Both the position numbers and the translations under genes were made by a program. A stretch of DNA of 64,000 nucleotides from Eledone cirrhosa (taxonomy: Eukaryota), in the NCBI GenBank assembly GCA_964016885.1, contig CAXHJY010000409.1, forward strand, positions 62,001 through 126,000, given 5' to 3'. Below, piece after piece: positions 43,913 through 54,439 of the stretch (positions are counted from its first letter, which is position 1; each line of letters opens with the position of its first letter). Under the pieces are notes generated by a model. The model was not told the DNA's origin and ran no database searches. It saw nothing but the letters and a program-made list of their open reading frames with translations.

Positions 43913-45209
43913 TTGTAGCACCTAGAGAGGTTGTCATATGATTGTCCATACTGAATAGTCCTCTCAAACTCTATATTGTCTCTGTTCAATTACCAACACT
44001 GTAGCCTCTGATCTTACACATTAACTTTTAATGGCTCTGTTTTTATACTGATGGATGAGGTTTTGTATTATGTTATATCACCACATTAATTTTTAATGGC
44101 ACTGTTCTTGTACTGGTGGACAGATCATTTGTATAATGGCATATCACCACATCAACTTTTAATAGTGCTATTATTGTACTGGAAGACAGGTCAAGTATTT
44201 TGTATTATGGCGTAACAACATATGAAGTAAATAATGGTAACAGGAATAGTTTTAAAAACTTTGTTCCATATAAGGGTGACATCTAAAGATATTAGTTGTA
44301 CAAGTTGCAGACAAAAAGCTTGGTTCAACAAAGCAGATTTGTTTAAATCTGTAAGTATTTATCATTCTAGATTTTATAAATATTTAATTGCTAACACACA
44401 ACCAGATAGTATCCAACTAAACCATTCTTAAGTGTTGTTTAATATCATTCTAGGTCTTCTACATATTTTATTGTTAATACATAACTAGATACCGTCCAAC
44501 GGAACCACTCCTAATTACATCAACACTTCTCCCAATTATCATTACTAATAATAGGAAACTATTTTATATAAAACTGATATCAATTAGTGCTACAGCCTAA
44601 TAGCTGTAGAACAATAAGAGAGAATTTATAAAACTATATTTGTGACATTTATACACATTGGTGTCCTAATTACTGCTAAAAATGTGCTAATTGTTTGGTT
44701 TTGTGTGTAAACCATTACCATGAAGTGGAAACAAGCAAACAAATGAAGTAAATATTTTTATTTTCTAACAAGTAAATATAAAACTAGAAATATCTAACAG
44801 TGATAAAATAACAGCCATCAATATTAACCACATAAAAATTATTTCAAAAGAATTACTACATAAAACTGAATTTGAAATTAGAAATATTAAAATCCAAACA
44901 GAAAATTTGGGTAAAATACCCCCAGAGACAGAAAATGAGTTATCAGCAATTATCACTGTAGAGAAATCTGTGTTTGGATTTTGACATTTCTAATTTCAAA
45001 ATCATTGAAATGCCTCGATAAATCAGAAGATTTATAAAACTGATTGTTTTGTAGTAAAAGTTGGATTTTACCAGTCTGGCAGCTTCACTGGTTCAGGACA
45101 GTGATTTGGATCTGGTAGTCATTAGTTTGCATAACCACTGCTTACTCAGATGTAACACCACCACATATTGTTTACATCTGTTACTGACCACCCACCACAA
45201 CATATTGTT

Positions 45210-45590
45210 TTCAATAAGATCCACAGTGTCATAGACAATCTCTACATGGCTCAATAAGATGCACAATATCACACTGAGCCTCTATAAAGCTCAATAAAAT
45301 CTACAATGTCACACTGGGCCTCTATGAAGTTCAATAAGACCCACAATATCACACTGAGTCTCTACAAATCTCAATAAGATCTACAATGTCACACTGGGTC
45401 TCTACACAGCTCAGTATTGCCACAATATCACACTGAGCCTCAAAAAAGCTCAGCAAGATCCCCAATGATACAGAGCCTCTACAAAGTTCAGTAATATCCA
45501 CGACACACTGAGCCTTTACAGAGCTCAGTAATAGCTACAATGATACACTGAGCCTCTACAAAAAACTCAACAAAATCCACAATGACATAG
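45210..45590. repeat. Degenerate ~39-bp tandem repeat (CTCAATAAGATCTACAATGTCACACTGAGCCTCTACAAAG), ~9-10 units
   Basis: Recurring CAATAAGAT and CACACTGAGCCTCTA. Confidence 0.85.
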
Positions 45591-46519
45591 TGATCATATA
45601 TCTGACTGTGTTCTGTCCACATAAACATTCTAGACTGCTAATAAATCAGTTTTGCCTGATTAACAGTAACTCTCTTACTGTCACATAACATCTGGCTACA
45701 CAACTGTGCAGTTTTCTCATTTAACTGATTCTATTACAACCACAACAGCCTTGACTTCTGGAATTCTCTTCCCACACATATTGACATAAACACGTCCATT
45801 AACCATAGAAATCTTAGCAGTCATATCAAGGGAAGCACTATTTTTTTCCTGAATAAGCTGTACAAATAAAGCATAAAACTCACTGGCTCATAGATGTGTT
45901 GTTTCTTCTACTTCTCTGAAATAGCTAGTTGTATATTATTTCAACTTTAGATTATCTTGTATAACTGTTTTGTTACTTCTATTGTGCCTCATCTCTTAGA
46001 TCTTACTCTAAACAAGTGGGCTCAAACTCAAGAGCTATTACATCCTGGAGCAGAGGCACAGCAAGCCAAAAGTGAGATAAGGAGGGGGTGATTTCCACCA
46101 TTTATAATGTTAATCTGCAATACAGCTGATAGGCTACTTTTTCCCATCAAAATGAATGCGTATATAATAGTGAGTGGGATATGTGAATGAGTACAAAATG
46201 TAGGGGGCTGGGGGTGGGCAAATTTTTTGTTTCAAATTTTCTTTAAAAACACATATACACATCTACATTCATACATGAGGGACAAATTACCAAGTTTTAG
46301 GAAAATATTAATCAGGAAAATATATTTTGCCACAGGGCATAAAAATGTAGTTTGCAGGACTCTAAATATTCTTCCTGGCTACTAAAATCCATAAAAAATG
46401 TCCTCACCTTATTATCCCAATAGATATTCAAACATCAACCACATCAGTCTTAAAGAACCAGCAAAAATCATGGACACTTCCCTCTCCTCTAACTAATAAA
46501 ATATAAAGCTAACAGGATA

Positions 46520-46744
46520 TGGAAATTAGAAATTATAAGCTTTCACCGTATTTTAGACTAAAGAAATTTCTAGCCTGATAGTGGGGTTTATAACCCTCGG
46601 AGAAATGGAAAAAGATGAGTGTTGCCATGCCATGTACGGCAACACTCATCTTTTTCCATTTCTCCGAGGGTTATAAACCCCACTATCAGGCTAGAAATTT
46701 CTTTAGTCTAAAATACGGTTAAAGCTTCTAATTTCTAATTTCCA
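46520..46744. repeat. Long near-perfect palindrome: 107-bp arms, 2 mismatches, 11-nt spacer
   Basis: 46520-46626 is the reverse complement of 46638-46744. Confidence 0.96.
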
Positions 46745-46854
46745 AACTCGCACACCGTTTCAAAAACATACTTACATGTTTACATTTATAATTTGCTTGT
46801 CTAACAGGATATACTTTAAAATACTCTGTTTCTACTTTAAATGTTATCACTGTC

Positions 46855-47745
46855 CAGCAGACAGAGTAGAACAAGACCAGTTGTAGATGGGAACTTCTAT
46901 ATGTTGATGGTATAGTCCTTATAGCTGAGTCTATAGAAGATTTAAGCAAAACTCCAGAATTGGAAGCAAAAACTAAAATAAAAAATCCTCAAAGTAAACT
47001 TAGCAAAGTTTTAATAAATAGAAAAGAAAAGGTCTTGCTCGATATACAGAACATGATTAGACAGAAATTTGATACAGTAACCCAGTGTATGTAATGAAAT
47101 TAGAGGCAAGCTAATGGAGAAAGTAACCTATCAATGCAAGAGAGCACATGTGAAATCAATTCTCCCAAGTGCTTGGGTGGCTCCTTAGAAGTTATTGACA
47201 GTTTGTGTTACCTAGGTGACCAAATCAGCTGTAGAAGTGGATGTTGAGAAAGCAGGGCAACTACTATAAGAACAGGTGGGAAAAGGTTCAGGGAACTATT
47301 AGCTCTGCTGGTAATAAAATGTTTCTTTCTTAGAGTGGAGGGTAGACTGTATAGTGTATGTGTGCATGGCAATAAAACTTAAGACTTGAAGACTATAAAG
47401 AAATGAAATGAGTATGCTCTGGTGGATGTGTCATGTTAGAATGCACAAACAACAAAGCATAAGTGAGCTGAGAGAAAAACTGAATATATGAGAAATACAA
47501 TGTAGTGTGCAAGAGAGAAAACTATATTGGTATGGATATGTAATGTTTATGGAAGATGACAAGAGGTTTCAAGAGGTGCAGGGGACTGAAAGTGATTGGA
47601 ACTTGTAGAAGGCATAAACACAGGAAGAGACATGGGACAAGGTAGTGAAGACTGACCTCAAGAAGCTGAACTTCATGATAGAGATGACAAAAAGCCATGA
47701 TGGTTGGCAACATGTGGTGATAGAAACAACCTATACATGCAAGGT
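46855..47745 (+). mobile_element. Old decayed RTE-clade LINE, same lineage as 9444-10477
   Basis: WELLYVDGIVLIAES (degenerate YADD), CYLGDQIS, KRFRELL, GRLYSVCV, MLWWMC and YWYGYV motifs with stops and frameshifts. Confidence 0.85.
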
Positions 47746-47795
47746 GTCCCTTAATTCCCTTTCTTTCTCCATCAACTATCCTCTCTCCTACATCT

Positions 47796-48058
47796 ATACT
47801 CCACCCCTTCTAACCCTCACTATCACCCTACATTATACCCTCTACCATGTAGCAAGGTGTCACACTCCACCCCTTCTAACCCTCTCACTATCACCCTACA
47901 TTATACCCTCTACCATGTAGCAAGGTGTCACACTCCACCCCTTCTAAACCCTCTCACTATCACCCTACATTATACCCTCTACCATGTAGCAAGGTGTCAC
48001 ACTCCACCCCTTCTAACCCTCTCACTATCACCCTCTACCATGTAGCAAGGTGCCACAC
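47796..48058. repeat. 68-69-bp C-rich tandem repeat, ~4 units, directly downstream of the RTE ORF end
   Basis: TCACACTCCACCCC at 47860, 47928 and 47997. Confidence 0.92.
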
Positions 48059-48537
48059 TTGGCCCCACTATATTTAATCCCTCCAATGTTACCCATTATT
48101 ATTCATACCATTACCATTGTACATCAATATACTCATGTAAAAGTTGATCCTATGTAAAAATCCACCCATTTTATGCAAAAATGTTAGGATGTTTCCATGG
48201 ATCTCATAAAAGTTGACTAGTTCTTCACAGAGAACAGATTAAGATTTAGAAATGAAGGGATTATCTTTAAAATAAATGTTACAATGAAGAAATGAAGTTT
48301 TCTACTTTATTATGTAGTGAAAGGGGCTGAAATACCTACAGAGTTACTTCATCACTTGGTGAGACATTGGCTCCTGCATTCAGATACAGAGTACAGCAGC
48401 ACCCTCAATACAGATCTGTATTTACCGAGCATTTCATCTGGTTTACGAAAGTGGAAATATTTATAAGAGCTACACAACCTTATTTATGTGTTTTGGTAGT
48501 AAGAACAAGTGTTTTGATGTTCAGAAATATTGGTATT

Positions 48538-48725
48538 AGGATTGGCAGTATCGGTAGAAGGTCAGACACAATGCTTTGCAGCATAGAGTTACGCTTCTTT
48601 ACGGTCTGAGTTCAAACCCTGCCAAGATTAACTTTGCCTTTCATCCTTACAGGGTCAATAAAATAAAGTACCAGTGATGCACTGGGATAATTGCTGGCCT
48701 TGTGCCAAAAGTAGAAACAATTATT
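48538..48725 (+). mobile_element. tRNA-derived SINE with Deu/Nin-like core
   Basis: TGGCAGTATCGG A-box, GAGTTCAAA B-box, core TTGCCTTTCATCCTTAC.GGGTC.ATAAAATAAAGTACCAG. Confidence 0.85.
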
Positions 48726-51700
48726 TACTGTAATTCACGGTTTTTGGTTTTTATTCATTTAGAGTCTATTTGGGCTTCTGTTTATTGATACAGTATTTGG
48801 GATTGTAGACTGAATTTCAGGGGTGTATATTGTGGACGAGTTAGGGGCAGTGTTGTATACTCACATCAGGGGTGTATATTGTGAGTATAACCACACCAGG
48901 GGTGTATATTGTGTGTGTGCTAGGGGTATATTGTGGGTGTATTAGAGAAATGTTGTATAGTCACATCAGGTGTGTATATTGTGGGTGTACGAGGGAAGTG
49001 TTGTATAGCCAACCATCTTGCTCAGAGTCTACCCCTGGGTCTCCAGCCGGTTGGTTTTGACCATGAAATCTGTCCTGTGATTCTTTGCTGAGACATTCTA
49101 ACCACTTGTCCCTAATATCGGAGTTGTGATCTCTCAATTCCTAATCATTTTATTTTTGCAGTCTCCTCATATAATCTGGTATTAATTTATTTCTATTGTC
49201 AGAAATAAAGCTTTAAGTCAAGTTGAAGTGAAGTGTGGGGCCATTACCTGACAATATCAGCTGTTGTTTACAATAATAGAGGGGAACAATTTGGAAAGTT
49301 GTGTTGATTAATTCATTTAAGTGGCTGCACTGAAAAGGAGTGTACTGATGCAATTGAAACAACGATGCTCATTTCATGATGAAATAAAAGAAATGTTTGT
49401 TTCTTAAAACAGAAAAATAGAACTGTCGTACAAGTGAATTAAATAAAATTGTTTGATGCTCCTATGTTTATTATACATAAGATAAATTATTTGGTGCTTT
49501 TATATTTATTATATATAAAATAAATCTATATTTATTATAAATAAGATAAATTTCATCTTATTTTGTAATCTACAATTTATAGCATACAAAACATTCCGTT
49601 TCTTTATGCATGGCAATTCATATAATTTACAATCTGTATTATGTAGAGAAATGGCCTCAAGTCTATTTATATTTTTAGTAATACTTAAGCCAGAGTGTTA
49701 GATTGAGCACTATAACAGTACACATGGTGTATATGTGTTTATGTATGTATGAATGTATCTATGTATCTGTGTGTGCATGTATTTATGTGTATGCATGCAT
49801 TTATGTGTGTATGTATACTGTTGCCTTCCTCCTTAAGGACACATTTTAACAACACACAATTCAAAAGATTAACAAGTTTAATGTAATCTGTATTAGCATT
49901 CCTTCCGTTGTGAGGTTACATTAAAATCTAAAATAATTATATTATATTTCCGTCTTACAAAATAAACGAACTGTATGTGTGTGTGTGCGTTTATATGAGG
50001 TGGGAGGCTTTAGAAAAACAACATAATTATTCTGAAAATAGTCTTCATTTATGCTAAAAGCCACAAAACCTCAAAATTAGGTTCTTAATCATAGCAGTTA
50101 TTGAAATACTGCAAACATAAGCATATGTTAACATTAAACACTATATGAAATCACACGCCCATATTAAGGAGAGGGGGAAAAAAACATTCTAAGGGAAATA
50201 TTTTAATTGTTTTGATAACACTTCATATTTACTATCTTGTGAGGTTAAAAACAATAGAATTATTTACGTTTTCAACAAATATCTGTGATCGATACATCGG
50301 AAAATACAAATGCTTTCATTTTAGCCAAGAATGATAAAATGAAAATTCAGTCACTCCCTTTTTCGAAACTGTAATTAAGTTTCAGTTTGTTTATGTTTTT
50401 TTTTTAATTAGTTTTATCTTAATGAGGATGTCTTGATAATTGGAAACTGTCCAAGACAACGAGGAAACCACTATGCAGTCTCTAGATTTAGTCGAAGTAG
50501 TAACTAAATAGCAACTCGAATTACATACTCGGATTTTGGTTTTTATCTTTAATGAATGTAATCTTAGATAAAGTATTGTTGAGGAAAACATAGATTGGTC
50601 ATAGTTGAAATGATCGGTGTAATCGACTATGACTGACCTAAGGCTAAATAACAACCAGAATTTGTACTTGTTAACATTTTAGATTAGCATAAAAGACAGG
50701 TGTTGGTTCGTTAATTAAACAGGTGTTATTTTTTTAACGAGATCCCATTTCTTAATATAACAATTATGGTGATTTTTATTTTTATTTAAATAACTCCATC
50801 TAAATATAGTTTTAAGAGCGGAGATAAGGAAAGCTTTAAATAAAGAAATATTAACATATAAACATGTATAGAGTATTATATCTAAACATAAAAATCAACG
50901 CAAGCAAATCATGTTCAAGTACCACACATAAACGGAAACATTCCCATTGTAAACAGTTTTTACTGTACCCTAAGACCTAAAACAGAAAACGAAATATTGT
51001 GATATTTAAAGACATATTTGTCATATTTTAAATGAAGGAATACAATGATGTAATTATCTTAAGAAAATATCTCTTTAAGAAGAAAAATAGCAAAGAAGAC
51101 AAGCAATAGTATCGATCTACTGTATTCTTCAAATATTTGCCACAATTCAAACAATAATACGCGCCCATGTACACATAACTCTCACAAATTGTGTATATAG
51201 ATTAGTGAACAAGATTTTAATGTTTACAAACGGAGCATAAACAGTACTCAATACACAGAGTACAGTGCAGGTATTTTATCACAAGTTGAAGATTATTGAA
51301 TCATAACTCTTAAACAAAATCCTTTGAACAATTGAAAAAAAGTGGTCAAAATACTCCACCTTCTTTATATATATATATATATAGTAGTTTAGAAGGAATT
51401 TAAGATTTATTATTTAAATGCTCTGTGTCCTTGCACTCGTACAATATCCTAAAATTATTACCCAACAGATTACACCTTGGATGAATCGGTTCATTCTATC
51501 TGTGGATTATAGAATCACATTAAGCTTGAAAATGATTAGCTTAACTTTACCAATTTTAATCTTTTAAGCAAACACACACCCCTATATATATATATATAAA
51601 GCACAATAATATATAATAATATTGACTAAACTTACCGTAATGTTATATTTCAACCATTATATATGATACAACAGTAATAATCCCATGAAATAAGAGAAAG

Positions 51701-52877
51701 AAATGTTAACCAGCTGAACTAAACATGTAAAATCTATTTACATGGAATTTGGGCAGTAGGTTTTACTGGTTATATAAATTGAAATGTTTTTGCAAACTTT
51801 GAATGTCTAGAAAAATGATTGACTGTATTGCATAAATGAAAAAATTGAGTGTATATATATGTGTGTGTGTATCTGTTAAGATGAATAATCTGTACAAATC
51901 AGAGCAGCGTTGTGGTTATATTATTGTCCAGGGTATGAAGATTGCAGATATGAAACTACAATGATAGAACTAGAAGTACATCATATATATATGTGTGTGT
52001 GTAGGTAGATTATGAGAAAATAGATGCAGTAGGACTAGGGCGAACTACTTTAAAAAATCTATTTGATAATAAGACTTGACTAAGCTAAATATTAAGACCA
52101 GTGGAAGCCACAATAGCTCCCAACAGGCAAGAAACCTGATAAGGTTTGAAGTAATACTGACGACATGTCAGAAGATTGTTTCGAGTTTTGTTGATTCCAT
52201 GTGATGTCACAGTCTTCCTCTCTGTACAGTTGTCCGGATATCCGGTTATAATGTTAAAAAGTGGGCGGGGACATAACAAAAATTCAATCATTATATACAC
52301 TACACCGAGATTTTTTAATATCATATTTCATTTTTATTATTGTAGTTGTATTTTGAATTCTAAACGCTCTTTCAGCTGTCTTTAATATCACATTTGTTTT
52401 TTTGTTATTTTTTCTGAGTAATATACTGCTTTACCTGGATGATTTTTTTTTATAGATTCTCAGTCGATAGCAATAAAACTGGTTCTATAACCGAACTATT
52501 ATTTCTCATCGACGCGGTACAGGATTAAGGTGGTATTGTTTTTACTATTACACCCGGGTGCAATAGTAATTTTTTTAATGGATTTTAAGGATAGTTAGTT
52601 GATAGATTCAGTTAGAATTTTGAAAGTTAAAGGCTTTTAAAACAGTCGTAAGTTACTCGTTTTCTGTGGTTCCTCCGCCCAAGAATTCCATTACACCTGT
52701 CCCTGAGACGGGTGTAATAACAACAATTTACCAATAAAATATATTTATCGTATACATATTTGCTTTTTCACTCTTTCAGTCTCACAAATGTACAGAGATT
52801 TACTTTTAATTTCTTCACGGCTTCTTTTCCTTCTCTGCAAGGTAGAGGCTACTAGGTAAACAAACCCAAACTTAAAA

Positions 52878-53212
52878 ATTTTGTCTGCAGGGTACAGCTG
52901 ATACATACTGCTAAGACTGGAGTGTAGAGTCTGTCGCTCCCTCACCCTTTCCATTTCTTTCGTTGCTTAATTTCTTTTTTCTTTTTCGTTATCTTATTGT
53001 ATAGTTTTTATCATAATTTCTCTTTGGTTTAATAAACTTATATTGTTGCTCAAAATCATTAAAAATAATATTATATAATGAAAATGGTTTCTGATTTAGG
53101 CACAAGGTCAACGATTTTGTCGGGAGGGGAAAGTTGATTAAATCGATCTCAGTGCGTTATTGGTACTTTATTTTATCGACTCCGTAAGGATGAAAGATAA
53201 AGCTAACAGCGG
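52878..53212 (-). repeat. Left arm of a ~330-bp inverted repeat (unique sequence plus partial SINE)
   Basis: Reverse-complement similarity to 59335-59656; outer 29 bp identical. Confidence 0.85.
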
Positions 53213-53236
53213 CAGGATAACATTATTGTTATTATA

Positions 53237-53628
53237 GGGCTTGGCAGTATCGGTAGAGGGTCGGACGCCATGCTTTCCAGCATAGTTACGTCCCTTTACG
53301 ATCTGAGTTCAAATCCCGCCGAGGTTGACTTTGCCTTTCATCCTTACGGGGTCGATAAAATAAAGTACCAGTAATGCACTGGGTAATTGCTGGCCTTGTG
53401 CCTAAAGTAGAAACAATTATTGTTATTATAGGGCGGTGGATAGGCAGTATCGGTAGAGGTTCGGACGCCATGCTTTCCAGCATAGAGTTACGGCCCTTAT
53501 CATTCTGAGTTCAAATCCCGCCGAAGTTAACTTTGCCTTTCATCCTTACGGGGTCAATAAAATAAAGTACCAGTTATGTACTGAGTAATTGCTGGCCTTG
53601 TGCCAAAAGTAGAAACAATTATTGTTAT
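53237..53628 (+). mobile_element. Two tandem Deu/Nin-like SINE copies
   Basis: Two full copies, ~53237-53425 and ~53430-53628. Confidence 0.88.
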
Positions 53629-54439
53629 TTGTTATTCCTTAGGCAGGGATTTGTAATCATGGTTACCATCTACACATACGTTTAAACTCCACACATTTCT
53701 AATACAGACGTGTACGTGGAATTTTATGGCTTTCTGTTTTATGATGAACGAACAAAAAGTAACTTTTATAATATATAAACACGTCACAAAAAAGTCGTGC
53801 TGCAATTTCTCTAAAATAATTTCTGAAGCAAGGTAGTATGCGACATTGCCGTGGGTGATAGTGTGGCTAAGACACATGAATAACTAAGTACCCTCGCAGG
53901 CATCACTTGATACCTCGCTAAGGTGAACCACCGATGTCAGCGGCCCAGCTACCACTAATGCCTGGAATGCCAGACTGAAATTAATAGTCTGCCGATAATT
54001 CCTGTAGTTAACACGCTGAAGCTTTGCTATACCGTTTCTGCGCCAATCTATGTTTGACAACAAAAGGGATAACTTGTATTTAATAGCCGTGTTTAGTTCC
54101 AAGTCACTGTGATTTACTTCCCTTTAATTAAGATGGTAAAGCTCTAATTTGACCAAAGTCGTATTAAGACTTTTGAATCCTTGACCACTGGCAAGATTGG
54201 GACCCCCCCCCCCTTTTATGGACCTCAGTTTAGATACATTACATTTTTTTTATGGAGGTAAAATTTTTATTATACAGAGCATATAATTAAATTTACAGTA
54301 GAATAACATAACAAATATGTTTTAAATATATACATAAATACCATTACAAATGCTTAGACATTATAAATTGCTCGCGATTCTTTCAGAAGGATATATTCTT
54401 TTAATGTTACAATATTAAAGAAAATATAAAGGAAGGGGT

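Noticed and set aside
38682-43941. Giant ORFs (1747, 1718 and 924 aa) as real genes
   Set aside because: Explained by a 48-bp stop-free unit open on both strands and derived from a TE UTR; kept only as a low-probability finding
46574-46610. Hammerhead ribozyme in the long palindrome (CTGATAG..stem..GAGAAA); also CCGAAAGACGG..CCGAAA near 61842
   Set aside because: The core does not match CUGANGA...GAAA, and no stem I/III with an NUH site was found
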